From contig CAZCVI010000002.1 of assembly GCA_964502145.1 (NCBI GenBank), positions 117,383 to 181,382 of the forward strand: DNA of 64,000 nucleotides, in the 5' to 3' direction. Made by a program: the position numbers and the translations under genes. Shown here piece by piece: positions 17,061-27,011 of this stretch (within the stretch, counting starts at the first letter, position 1; each line of letters starts with the position of its first letter). Under the pieces are notes generated by a model, which was not told where the DNA came from, did not search any database, and worked only from the letters and a program-made list of their open reading frames with translations. Origin of the DNA: an uncultured Clostridia bacterium. GTDB lineage: Bacteria; Acidobacteriota; Aminicenantia; UBA2199.

Positions 17061-20000
17061 ATGAAAATTGCAGATTATTTTGTACTGGAGACGCTGTCAC
17101 ACGGACCAAGAGTTACCGTTTATAAAGCAAAAAAAGAAAACAATACTACCTCTGTTGTCTTAAAGGTCACCGAAAAAAAAACAGCCGAGAAACTTGATAT
17201 TGTTCGCTCCCTGGAACATGAATACCAATACATCAAGCAGGTGGATTCCGACTTTGTGATCAAAGGGATTCACTGGCAAGAGGAAAAAGAGGTTGCTTTT
17301 ATCGTATTGGAAGATATTGATGCTCAATCACTTAAACACTTCATCAAGGAGAAACAGCTCTCTATCCCACAGTTTTTGGACCTCGCCAAAAAGATTGTCG
17401 ATGGACTGGCAGCCATACACAGACAAAACATCATTCATAAAGATATCAATCCATCCAATATCATATGGAATCCAGAAACCGGTGGCCTAAAGATAATCGA
17501 TTTTAATATCGCCTCTAAATTCGATTTAAAATTGTCCTACCTGGGCAACCCGGAAAAACTTAAAGGCACCCTCGCTTATATCTCCCCGGAACAAACCGGT
17601 CGCATGAATCGGCGGGTGGACCAACGAACCGATCTCTATTCCCTGGGTGTCACTTTTTATGAAATGCTGACAGGCAAACTGCCCTTCGACTCAAACCAAC
17701 CCATGGAAATCGTTTATGCCCACTTGGCCAAAGAACCCCAATCCCCGCACCTACTAAATGAAGCTATCCCGGAAATTATTTCCCGGATCATCCACAAATT
17801 AATGGCCAAAAACCCAGAAGATCGCTATCAATCCGCTGAAGGCTTAAAATATGATCTGGAAAAATGTGCTCTATCACACCCGCAAACCTTTGCCCTGGGC
17901 GAAAATGATTACTCTGGCAAACTCCAAATCCCGGAAAAACTTTATGGACGTGAAGAAGAATTAGAACAACTTTTAGCAGTGTACCATCGTGTCAGTCAAG
18001 GCAACAAAGAAATGATCCTGGTGTCCGGATTCTCCGGTTCTGGGAAAACCACTTTGGTGAATGAAATTCATAAATCTATTGCCAAGGACCGGGGCTATTA
18101 TATCAGTGGAAAATTTGATCAGCTTCAACGCACGATTCCCTATTTTGCTTTTATCCAGGCACTTAACCAGTTCTGCCAGTTACTGCTGACTGAAAAACAG
18201 GAAGTGTTGAACCTATGGAAAGTAACTATCTTAAATGCCGTTGGCAAACTGGGGAGAATTCTGACCGATATTATCCCCCAATTGGAAGCTGTGATCGGGA
18301 ACCAACCGGAAGTTCCCGAAGTCAACGGTGACGATGCCAAAAAACGGTTTAATTATGTGTTTTTATGTTTTTTAAATGCCGTGGCCACTGTGGAGCATCC
18401 CCTGGTCATGTTTATCGATGATCTACAGTGGGCCGATCTGGCCTCCTTGAGCTTGCTGCAATTGATCATGGAAGACCGGAAAAGTTGCTATATATTCTTG
18501 ATAGGCGCTTACCGGGATAATGAAGTATCCCTCTCCCATCCCTTGATAACCACTCTGGCGGAATTAAAAAAACAAGCTATCCCCATCCATACTATTCCCG
18601 TTAAAAATCTCTCCCGGCAAAATGTGTCGGCGTTGCTAGTGGATACGTTTAAGACCCCAAGGAACAAAAACCAGGAGGAATTGGACGCATTGACCACTTT
18701 GATCTATCAAAAAACACAGGGTAATGCTTTTTTTACCCTTCAATTTATTGAAAACCTTTTTAAGGAAAACCTATTGTCGTTTGATTTTAAGAAATCCAGG
18801 TGGATATGGGATATCAAAAATATCGAAAAACAGAACATTACCGACAACGTGGTGGCATTACTGGTCAAAAAAATTAAAACATTGCCGGAAAAGACCCAGG
18901 AAGTTTTAAAACTGGCCGCCGCTATTGGCAATACCTTTGAATCGCCAACCTTGTCCGTTATTTCCGGGGCAACGGAAGCAGCCCATCGCCAAGCTTTGGA
19001 ACCCTCGTTGGCGGAACATCTGGTCTATCCCATAGATATAGGTATTTACAAATTTGTTCATGACCGTATTCACCAGGCTATCTACTCCATGGTACCCGAT
19101 GAAGACAAAAAACATTTGCATCTCAAAATCGGCAGATTACTGCTGGAAACATTTGACCTCCAGGATACATCAACACTTTCAAAAGAGACGGATCAGCGAA
19201 TTTTTGATACTGTTAACCATTTGAATATCGGAATTGACCTGATCATTGATGAACGGGAAAGAATTCATTTGGCCACACTGAACCTTAAAGCCGCTAAACA
19301 TGCCCGGGTAGCTGCCGCTTTTTCTATCGGTGTCGTGTATGTACGGACTGCCATACGTTTATTACCAGACAATAGCTGGCAGCAGCATTACGATCTGACT
19401 CTGTCCGTGTACAACGAGGCTGTGCTCGCCTCCTACTTATTCTTAAACCTAGCGGAGATGGAAAAATATGTTGAAATCATATTGTCCTCCACGCAAAATA
19501 TTTTACATCGCTCGGTGGCGTATGAATACCGCCTTTTGAGTTTAATCGGACAGAATAAATCCCAACAGGCCGTTGAAGCAATCTTAACCATTTTTAACCT
19601 TCTGGGAGTGACTATTCCCCCCGAACCCAGTGGTCCAGAAACAATGGCCATATTTGGAGAAGTTCAAACCATGTTAACCAGTATGAATCAGGAGACGATT
19701 GCCAATCTTCCCCTGATGACAGACGAAGCGAAATTGCAAGTGTTACGCCTTTTTTATATGGCTGGCCTTTCCTTTATGCATGGCCGTCCAACGGCATGGC
19801 CCTATGTGATCAGTAAAATGATCCATCTTATACTCACTTATGGCTTGACAGCGGAAACTCCCTATGTGATATCTCTTTATGGTGTGATCAAGGTTGTTAT
19901 GGGTGATTTTCCCAGTGCCTACCAATTGGGAGAAATGGCAGGGGAATTATTGGCCCGGGGTATCGGTAATCAAGCCATCCAGGTCAGAACCATCGGCATT

Positions 20001-22337
20001 ATCTGTTTTTATCTGCGGGGGTATAGAACCCATTTTAAAAAAATAGCCAAGGAGATGATGGATACCTACTCCCTGTGCATGGAAGTGGGTGATTTTGAAT
20101 ATGCGGGATATTCATTGGGCAATTACCTCTGGTGCCTCAATCGTACAGATACCCCGTTGGAAGAGGCATATCAGAAAGCATTGAATTGCCGGGAAACAGT
20201 CCTACAATTAAAACAACCCCTTCCGATACCACCCATATTCATTGAAATTACCATTTGCGAGAATTATCTCGGCAAAGCGGTTGATCCGGCTGTTTTGGCT
20301 ATCAACTATGATGAACTTTTTAAAAACCTACCGATTGGTTCTACTGGAATATTTAGTTGTGGGGCCAATATAAAACAAGCGATATTATTCTTCTTTTTTG
20401 AGCGGTACGATAACGTTTTGGAGTTAATGGTTTCAACTGAAAACCAATATAATGCCTTGAATATGCCGCTTACCTATTTTAGAAGCGATATCCACTTTTA
20501 TTTTACCCTGATCTATATTGAACTTTATACACGCAGTGAATCGGAAAGTGAAAAAGAAATCTGTATTACTAAGATAAACGAGAATAGAACTATTATGAAA
20601 CAGTTGGCTGAATTCGGCCCGGTAAATTTTCTGCATAAGTATTACTTGTTGGAAGCTGAATATGGCAGGGTTACCGGTAACAATAATCAAGCGCCAGAGT
20701 TCTATGACAAAGCCATAGAAACGGCTTATGAAAACGAATATATCAACGAGGCGGCCCTAGCCAACGAACTGGCCGCAAAATATTATATCCGGGAAAACCG
20801 CCGCAAATTCGCCACCTTCTACTTCATGGAAGCACGAAACTGTTATGTCCGGTGGGGCGCACTGGCAAAAGTCAAGCATTTGGATGACAACTATCCCAAA
20901 TACTTGAGTCTTGGACTCCCCGATTCTTCCTTGAGCCGCTCCTCCCTCTCCAGTACTTCAACCGGAACCGCTGGCGATTTCCTGGATGTCAAGAGTATCA
21001 TCAAAGCGTCGCAAACCCTGTCTGGTGAAGTTCAGTTAAAAAGCTTGTTGGAAAAATTAATGCAGATATTGATTGAGAATGCCGGGGCCCAAAAAAGTAT
21101 CTTGATCGAAAATAATGGCGGACGCTTGCTCATTCAAGCAGAAGGTAATACCAATGGTGTATCCGGTATTTTGCATGAGCTGCCAGTGGACGAGTCGGAT
21201 AAAATACCATTGTCCATCATCCATTATGTGGCCCACAGTAAACGGCAATTGGTTTTTGATAACCTATCTACAGACCCCAATTATACGACCGACGAATATA
21301 TCCAAAAAAATCAGCCCAAATCCGTGGTGTGTTTTCCCATCTTAAGTAAGGGGGAAGTTTCTGCCATTGTTTATTTGGAAAACAATCTGGTGGAAGGTGT
21401 ATTTACTCCAGCCCGGTTGGAAGTGCTCAATATGCTTTCGTCGCAAATCGCCATTTCAGTGGAAAATACCCATCTGTATGAGACGCTTGAAGAAAAAGTA
21501 AGGCAGCGTACTATTGCATTGCAAAAAGCACATCAAGAACTGGAGAAGAATCATAAAGAACTGGCGGAAAGTCATAGGAAAATCAATGACAGCGTGAACT
21601 ATGCCAGCAAGATACAAGAGGCGGTTTTACCCGGCGAGGAAATCCTCAACACCCTTCTTCCCCAACACTTTGTCTTCTATCGGCCCTGCTCGGTGGTCAG
21701 CGGTGATTTTTATTGGATCAAACCGGTGGGACAAAAAATAGTGGTGGCTACTGCCGACTGTACTGGCCACGGGATTCCCGGTGCCTTGCTAAGTATGCTG
21801 GGCATGACCTTTCTGAGCGAAATCGTGCCCCACCTGGCCGAACAAAACCAACTGAGCGCGGCCAATGTACTGGACCAATTACGCCAAAAAGTCAAAATCT
21901 CCTTGAAACAAGAAGGAAAGGTTCGTCAACAAAGAGATGGGATGGATATTGCGCTGTGCATCATCGATCCTGCGGATAAGCAATTGCAATATGCCGGTGC
22001 TTATAATCCGTTTTACTTGATCAAGGATAATCATCTTCTGGAAACAAAAGCAGACACCATGCCCATTGGTTTTTCCACCAAAGAACGCCCCTTTACCAAT
22101 CATGATGTCAGGTTTGAAAACGGGAGTATGGTTTACCTTTTCTCCGATGGGTACGCCGATCAAAACGGTGAGGATGGCGAGGTGAATTTTAGCAGGGTGA
22201 AATTTAAGAAATTGTTGACGGAAATCAGCAGGGAACCGGTAGCCAAACAAAAAGAAGTGTTAATCCAACGCTTCGAGCAATGGCGGGGTGACCTGCCACA
22301 ACGTGACGATGTCCTGGTCCTGGGAATAAGACTATAA
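17061..22337 (+). CDS. Multidomain signalling protein: Ser/Thr protein kinase - STAND/AAA ATPase - helical repeat region - GAF - coiled coil - PP2C (SpoIIE-type) phosphatase
   Basis: Kinase motifs HKDINPSNIIW, DFNIAS and GTLAYISPEQ. P-loop GFSGSGKTTL at nt ~18026-18052. GAF-like region LLEKLMQILIENAGAQKSILIE...VYLENN. The C-terminus (SGDFYWI...ADCTGHGIPGALLSM...RDGMDIALC...SDGYADQ...RDDVLVLGIRL) is SpoIIE/PP2C-like. Confidence 0.85.
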   Translation: MKIADYFVLETLSHGPRVTVYKAKKENNTTSVVLKVTEKKTAEKLDIVRSLEHEYQYIKQVDSDFVIKGIHWQEEKEVAFIVLEDIDAQSLKHFIKEKQLSIPQFLDLAKKIVDGLAAIHRQNIIHKDINPSNIIWNPETGGLKIIDFNIASKFDLKLSYLGNPEKLKGTLAYISPEQTGRMNRRVDQRTDLYSLGVTFYEMLTGKLPFDSNQPMEIVYAHLAKEPQSPHLLNEAIPEIISRIIHKLMAKNPEDRYQSAEGLKYDLEKCALSHPQTFALGENDYSGKLQIPEKLYGREEELEQLLAVYHRVSQGNKEMILVSGFSGSGKTTLVNEIHKSIAKDRGYYISGKFDQLQRTIPYFAFIQALNQFCQLLLTEKQEVLNLWKVTILNAVGKLGRILTDIIPQLEAVIGNQPEVPEVNGDDAKKRFNYVFLCFLNAVATVEHPLVMFIDDLQWADLASLSLLQLIMEDRKSCYIFLIGAYRDNEVSLSHPLITTLAELKKQAIPIHTIPVKNLSRQNVSALLVDTFKTPRNKNQEELDALTTLIYQKTQGNAFFTLQFIENLFKENLLSFDFKKSRWIWDIKNIEKQNITDNVVALLVKKIKTLPEKTQEVLKLAAAIGNTFESPTLSVISGATEAAHRQALEPSLAEHLVYPIDIGIYKFVHDRIHQAIYSMVPDEDKKHLHLKIGRLLLETFDLQDTSTLSKETDQRIFDTVNHLNIGIDLIIDERERIHLATLNLKAAKHARVAAAFSIGVVYVRTAIRLLPDNSWQQHYDLTLSVYNEAVLASYLFLNLAEMEKYVEIILSSTQNILHRSVAYEYRLLSLIGQNKSQQAVEAILTIFNLLGVTIPPEPSGPETMAIFGEVQTMLTSMNQETIANLPLMTDEAKLQVLRLFYMAGLSFMHGRPTAWPYVISKMIHLILTYGLTAETPYVISLYGVIKVVMGDFPSAYQLGEMAGELLARGIGNQAIQVRTIGIICFYLRGYRTHFKKIAKEMMDTYSLCMEVGDFEYAGYSLGNYLWCLNRTDTPLEEAYQKALNCRETVLQLKQPLPIPPIFIEITICENYLGKAVDPAVLAINYDELFKNLPIGSTGIFSCGANIKQAILFFFFERYDNVLELMVSTENQYNALNMPLTYFRSDIHFYFTLIYIELYTRSESESEKEICITKINENRTIMKQLAEFGPVNFLHKYYLLEAEYGRVTGNNNQAPEFYDKAIETAYENEYINEAALANELAAKYYIRENRRKFATFYFMEARNCYVRWGALAKVKHLDDNYPKYLSLGLPDSSLSRSSLSSTSTGTAGDFLDVKSIIKASQTLSGEVQLKSLLEKLMQILIENAGAQKSILIENNGGRLLIQAEGNTNGVSGILHELPVDESDKIPLSIIHYVAHSKRQLVFDNLSTDPNYTTDEYIQKNQPKSVVCFPILSKGEVSAIVYLENNLVEGVFTPARLEVLNMLSSQIAISVENTHLYETLEEKVRQRTIALQKAHQELEKNHKELAESHRKINDSVNYASKIQEAVLPGEEILNTLLPQHFVFYRPCSVVSGDFYWIKPVGQKIVVATADCTGHGIPGALLSMLGMTFLSEIVPHLAEQNQLSAANVLDQLRQKVKISLKQEGKVRQQRDGMDIALCIIDPADKQLQYAGAYNPFYLIKDNHLLETKADTMPIGFSTKERPFTNHDVRFENGSMVYLFSDGYADQNGEDGEVNFSRVKFKKLLTEISREPVAKQKEVLIQRFEQWRGDLPQRDDVLVLGIRL

Positions 22338-22345
22338 AATGGCCA

Positions 22346-22374
22346 TAAAAAGGAGGCACATAGCCTCCTTTTTA
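22346..22374. terminator. Bidirectional intrinsic terminator between convergent genes
   Basis: The sequence reads aaaaAGGAGGCacataGCCTCCTtttta. It has a 7-bp GC-rich stem (22351-22357 / 22363-22369) flanked by A-run and T-run. Confidence 0.7.
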
Positions 22375-22381
22375 TGTTTGA

Positions 22382-22633
22382 TTATTTAATTTTTTTCCTT
22401 TCCGCATTGTTTTTTAATGCATTGGCAATAATCCATTCTTGCTTTTGTTGATTGGCATCTTCAATGGTTCGGTACTTAAAAACTCCGTGAGGAAAATTCG
22501 GAGGACAAAGACGATTGGCTAAATCCCAGAGTTTAACTACCTGTTTATAGTATTCTTCGTCGGGGTCAAAGCACCAGAGGGCTCTTTCAGCCTCTTGAAA
22601 ATCTTTAAACTTTTGAATTGCCATTTGGGTCAT
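22382..22633 (-). CDS. Hypothetical 83-aa protein (possibly the C-terminal part of the upstream NTase-like gene, separated by a frameshift)
   Basis: MTQMAIQKFKDFQEAERALWCFDPDEEYY...GVFKYRTIEDANQQ. It overlaps the upstream ORF by 29 nt in another frame. A G5 run (C5 on + strand at 22634-22638) sits at the junction. Confidence 0.5.
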   Translation of the reverse strand: MTQMAIQKFKDFQEAERALWCFDPDEEYYKQVVKLWDLANRLCPPNFPHGVFKYRTIEDANQQKQEWIIANALKNNAERKKIK

Positions 22634-23099
22634 CCCCCTTTTGTCTCATAAGCTCATATAAAAAGAAGGCATCCCTTTTATCTTCAGATCGAAGAGTATC
22701 TTTTTTTAGTTTGAAAAGAGTCTGCGCTGTGGCCACATTTATTGGAATTTCATCAAAAGTCATAATCTCATATTCCAGATCATCATATGTCGCAAACTCT
22801 CCTAATCTGGCCATAATATCTATATAAAACCCATCTGGAGCGCCATATCGAATTACTGAATACTGATTTAATTCCTCAAAGGTAATATCAAAGATACATT
22901 CATCTTGAAAAACGTCATCTAGTGCTTTTTGAAGCTTCTTGATATTTTCGGAATTCATTTTTACAAATATATCAATATCCTGAGTAAGACGAGGTAAACC
23001 ATGGAGAATAACTGCAAATCCTCCGATTAGGATGTAGTCCACCTTTTCTTTACCTAGAGCTTTAAGTACTTTCAAAAATTTCTCGAATAATTCTGTCAT
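22605..23099 (-). CDS. Nucleotidyltransferase-fold protein (MNT/AbiEii-like small NTase)
   Basis: KVDYILIGGFAVILHGLPRLTQDIDIFV shows the G-x-x-A...hG..R.T.DiD pattern of minimal nucleotidyltransferases. Confidence 0.55.
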   Translation of the reverse strand: MTELFEKFLKVLKALGKEKVDYILIGGFAVILHGLPRLTQDIDIFVKMNSENIKKLQKALDDVFQDECIFDITFEELNQYSVIRYGAPDGFYIDIMARLGEFATYDDLEYEIMTFDEIPINVATAQTLFKLKKDTLRSEDKRDAFFLYELMRQKGDDPNGNSKV

Positions 23100-23204
23100 C
23101 TTTATTATCCTTATAGAAGATTTATAACAGATAAGAAATGAAAAATCAATCCCCAGCTTCCCAAGGTTGACCGCTGGTGGTAAAAAAATTATTTTTAATC
23201 CATT

Positions 23205-25769
23205 TTAATCCACGGTAATTGACTTGCTGACGTTTTTGGGGACGTCGGGGTGGACGCCGTGGTTTTCCACGTGGCATTTGTTGAGGTATTTCATCTTGGT
23301 CACGGACATTTTCATGGCCAATAATTGTAATACCAGTGCAGCCACAAAAACGAAAATCTGGCGGTCGCCGGTTTTGGGTAGTTCGATATATTGGGAGTAG
23401 TATTTTTCAAAACCCGAGGGTTTGCCTGCCACTGCTTTTCTTAGTTCGTCGTCGTCCTCGGCAATCAGGATGATGTCGGCGCCACGTATTTTATGGGTGT
23501 GAATCTGGGTGATCGTGATGCGTTTGTCCCGTTCATCTGGCGGGCATAAAAAGATCAACGGGTAAGTGGAGAAATAGGATTCCACAGAAATGGTATTGCG
23601 ATAATCTTCCAGTATTTCGCGGAGGCGTAATTTATCGTTGCCGTTAGCGTGGGCCAGGGAGTCCAGCGGTACCTGGTCATCCAAACGCTGCAATTTGAAA
23701 CTCTTGGCGATATTGAGAAATTCATAGATGGCTGGTCGGCTGGAAGGGTCCATTTCCAAATATTGCATGATTTTTTCAAAGGATTCCAACATATCGGTAT
23801 GCAGGTGTTCCATATCGCGGAGCGAGAAAATAGTATTTTTACCCAGGATCGTATTGGGCCCATGTTTGAATTCTGCCGCGTCATATCCTTCCGTGTGGTT
23901 GAGTACTACTTCCCTGATCTTTAGTGCCCCCTCTTTGGAAAGCCCTTCCATGGAGGTGCCCAGAATATGCAGGGAGGGTCTTAAGAATATCTTTAATGCC
24001 AGAGTGCTGATTTCATGGTCGGTGTGGGCCAGAGTAAAGTCCATATAATACTTGATTTTGGCCATTTTTTTGCAAACCGTGGCCTCATTTTCTTTAATAC
24101 TGGCGGCCAAGATATAAAACAGGGCGATCTGGCTGATAAAAGATTTGGTAGCAGCCACGGCGATTTCTGGACCGCACATGACGGGCAGGTAAAAATCCGA
24201 TTTCTCTTGTGGCAGGGTGGAATTCTCATTGTTGACAATGGAGAAAAGCAAAATTTTTTTATCGTACATTTTGCGGATATCATTGAAGATGTCTACGAGG
24301 TCCTTGGTTTCACCGGATTGACTGACGCCAATTACCATATCTTTCTCGGACAGTGATTGGAGGTAAAGTGAACGGAACATGCCGGGTATGGCAGGAATAA
24401 TGGGAATACTGGCCATGGTGTTAAAAAAATACCCGCCTACCAGCGCGGCGTGGGCAGAAGTGCCGGAAGCAACAACAAAAATTCGGCTACCGTTGGTAGC
24501 AATCTTTTTAAAGAAGTCGATCACCTGGTTTTTGAAACGAATGATCATCCGTTTCTTTTTCCAGATGAGCATCAGGTCCAGAATAAACAGTTCGGGGAAG
24601 TAACTTTCATTGATGCCCAGTATCTCGTTTAATAGGGCCGCTTCTTCTGAAGTAAAACCATGGGATTGAAAGCGTTTGCGGATATGGTGGTTGTTTTTGA
24701 AGATGTCAGCGGACACGGTTTTGAACGTTTCGCTGGCCAGGATGGTTTCGAATTCTGTTTTCAGGCGGGGCAGATCGAAAATGTCGTAGAGTTTCAGCAG
24801 AGTGTAGAGCAGTTCGCGACAACTGTCCAATTTATTTTCGAAGACCTCGAAAAAGGGTTTTTCTTCTTCATCGTTAAAGTAGTATTTGACCAATTGATCG
24901 ATATTCTGGGAGGCGGTGAAAATTTCTTGTTCCATGAAGTAGTGGTATTTGGGGGCGAGGGCGATATCGGAGATATTGAGGCGGCTACGGGTGAGGGCCG
25001 GGGTAAATTCCTGGTTGTCGGTCAGCCCGAAGACGCGGTAGGAGGTGCTGGTGAAGTACATGCCCTGACCTTCGGTCAGAGGGATGAGGAACCGGGTTTT
25101 AGCGAGTATAGAGGTAAGGTCAGAACTGACCACGATAAATTCACCTCCGGCATCCTGGCCTTTGCCCGCGTAGAGCGAGGAACCCGATTTAATGGCAAAT
25201 ATGCCGGTAATATCCGGGGCGGTAATGCAAGCGGCATAGGAACCATCGGCCATTTCGCCAGCTTTACGGATGGCTTGCATGAATAGGTTGACGCGTTCTT
25301 TTTCGCTGGTGTTTTTGCCAGGAGAATCGGCGATTAAGCGGGCATAGAAGTGTTCTATCAGGTGTACGAGCATTTCGCCGTCGTTATCTGACACGACTTG
25401 GTGTCCGGTTTCGAGTAAGAACTCTTTGAGGGAATCGGTATTGGAGAGGTTGCCGTTATGGCCGCCCACGAGGTGGGTTTTGCAATTAACGTCGTGGGGT
25501 TGGGCGTTTTCGTCGGTGACGGAGCCGTAGGTAGCCCAGCGTACTTGGCCGATGAAGCGAATACCGGACATTTTGTCCATTTCCAGGTCGATGGTGACGC
25601 GGGAGGGGGCGCCGACTTTTTTCTTTAATTGGATGGTGCCGTCTTTTTTAATGAATGCACCGCCGGTGGAATCATAGCCCCGGTACTCTAATTTTTTCAA
25701 TAAAAAAACACCCTCATTGCCGAGGTTTTCATTGTGTTTACCATATATAATCGAAACTATTCCGCACAT
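23205..25769 (-). CDS. GlmS-like glutamine amidotransferase (class II) with two SIS domains, atypically long (854 aa)
   Basis: N-terminal MCGIVSIIYG (catalytic Cys2). The sequence KYHYFMEQEIFTASQ is the GlmS-like YxHxMxKEIxEQP equivalent. SIS motifs VVASGTSAHAA and GVSQSGETKD. C-terminus ...NVSKSITVD resembles the GlmS C-tail. Extra segments lie between the GATase and SIS1 domains and within the SIS region. Confidence 0.7.
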   Translation of the reverse strand: MCGIVSIIYGKHNENLGNEGVFLLKKLEYRGYDSTGGAFIKKDGTIQLKKKVGAPSRVTIDLEMDKMSGIRFIGQVRWATYGSVTDENAQPHDVNCKTHLVGGHNGNLSNTDSLKEFLLETGHQVVSDNDGEMLVHLIEHFYARLIADSPGKNTSEKERVNLFMQAIRKAGEMADGSYAACITAPDITGIFAIKSGSSLYAGKGQDAGGEFIVVSSDLTSILAKTRFLIPLTEGQGMYFTSTSYRVFGLTDNQEFTPALTRSRLNISDIALAPKYHYFMEQEIFTASQNIDQLVKYYFNDEEEKPFFEVFENKLDSCRELLYTLLKLYDIFDLPRLKTEFETILASETFKTVSADIFKNNHHIRKRFQSHGFTSEEAALLNEILGINESYFPELFILDLMLIWKKKRMIIRFKNQVIDFFKKIATNGSRIFVVASGTSAHAALVGGYFFNTMASIPIIPAIPGMFRSLYLQSLSEKDMVIGVSQSGETKDLVDIFNDIRKMYDKKILLFSIVNNENSTLPQEKSDFYLPVMCGPEIAVAATKSFISQIALFYILAASIKENEATVCKKMAKIKYYMDFTLAHTDHEISTLALKIFLRPSLHILGTSMEGLSKEGALKIREVVLNHTEGYDAAEFKHGPNTILGKNTIFSLRDMEHLHTDMLESFEKIMQYLEMDPSSRPAIYEFLNIAKSFKLQRLDDQVPLDSLAHANGNDKLRLREILEDYRNTISVESYFSTYPLIFLCPPDERDKRITITQIHTHKIRGADIILIAEDDDELRKAVAGKPSGFEKYYSQYIELPKTGDRQIFVFVAALVLQLLAMKMSVTKMKYLNKCHVENHGVHPDVPKNVSKSITVD

Positions 25770-25866
25770 GTGAATCTCCTTTTTTACTGTGAAAGTATTA
25801 TTGTACCAGTAAATGATGTTATTGAAAAGAGTTATTCTTAAAAGAGTACTTACTGGATATACGGTA

Positions 25867-26961
25867 CTATCTGGGTAAATTTAGCGTGAATGACATTTCT
25901 GCCAGTTCTTCGCCATTGATGATGATGGAAATCTTATGCTGGCCGGGGTAGTGTTTGCGGGTGGAGTAGTCTTGGAAGGAGTGTTTGCGTTTGAAGGGGT
26001 GAGTGCCGGGTAGGTAGGTGTTTTCGGTGATTTTGAAGACTTTTTTGGATAATTTGCCATTGGCTTTCATAAAATAGAGGCCGTATTCAAGGCGGACGTT
26101 ACTTTCTGTTTTTTCTGTTAGGATTAGATCGAAGGAGAAGGTGAGGGGTTCGCCGATGGCGAGGATTTCTTGATCCAGTTTGAGGTTTTCCACGTTCATT
26201 TGGGTGGTAGTGCCGAAGCCGAAGAATTTCATGGCTCGTTTATTGCCCGCTTTCATCATGGAGCGACAGGCGTGTTTGATGATGGCGTCGGTGTTTTTAT
26301 TATGGCCGTACCATTTTTCACTGATATCTAAGAGCAGTTCGGGGTTATCTTTGGAGATATCGTTGAGGTTATTGGCGACACTGCGACGTACATCTTCGGA
26401 GGGGTCATTTTTTAATTTTTCCAAGATGGGTAGGATTGGGGCGGGATCTTTCTTGAATTTGGGTAAAGCCATCGCCCAGGGGAGCCGTGGTCGGCAGCCT
26501 TCGCTGGCGAGGCGGCGCACACGGGGATTCTCATTGGTGGCAAAAGCCAACATGTAACCCAGTGCTTTCTTGGGGTCGCGATCTAAAAATGGGCGGACGG
26601 CAAATTCGGAAGAGGAATAACCGGTGAATACTTCAAGCGCTTGAAAAGACAGGTCCCACTCTTCTTCCATGCCGTACAGTTCCACAAAATCGGGTAATGA
26701 CATGGCTTCAAAGCCTTTTACATAAGGTGCGGCTTCTTTTAGAATTGCGACTGCTTGCATGTAGGATGGGGGGAGGGTGTGGTGTAAGCATTGGGTGGTG
26801 TGGCGCATTTTTGCTTTTAATTCCAACGCTTCCCAGCCGGGATAGTGGATCAGTTCAAGAAACCGCTCCTTATCAAATGGGGGGTAGAACCGTTTCATAA
26901 TATCTGCCATTGCATTCATAGAATCTTGGGTGAAAAAGATTTTCTTTAATTGTTCAGCCAT
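25867..26961 (-). CDS. DNA alkylation repair protein, HEAT-like repeat family (AlkC/AlkD-like) with C-terminal beta-domain
   Basis: ATG at 26961 with an AAGGAG RBS. NPRVRRLASEGCRPRLPWAMALPKFKKDPAPILPILEKLKNDPSEDVRRSVANNLNDISKDNPELLL is the typical pfam08713-type pattern. The ~100-aa C-terminal extension is reminiscent of the AlkC Ig-like domain. Confidence 0.7.
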   Translation of the reverse strand: MAEQLKKIFFTQDSMNAMADIMKRFYPPFDKERFLELIHYPGWEALELKAKMRHTTQCLHHTLPPSYMQAVAILKEAAPYVKGFEAMSLPDFVELYGMEEEWDLSFQALEVFTGYSSSEFAVRPFLDRDPKKALGYMLAFATNENPRVRRLASEGCRPRLPWAMALPKFKKDPAPILPILEKLKNDPSEDVRRSVANNLNDISKDNPELLLDISEKWYGHNKNTDAIIKHACRSMMKAGNKRAMKFFGFGTTTQMNVENLKLDQEILAIGEPLTFSFDLILTEKTESNVRLEYGLYFMKANGKLSKKVFKITENTYLPGTHPFKRKHSFQDYSTRKHYPGQHKISIIINGEELAEMSFTLNLPR

Positions 26962-27011
26962 ATTTAAAAACTCCTTTTTTTTAATCTGTATCATCATTTT
27001 AATCTGTGTAA

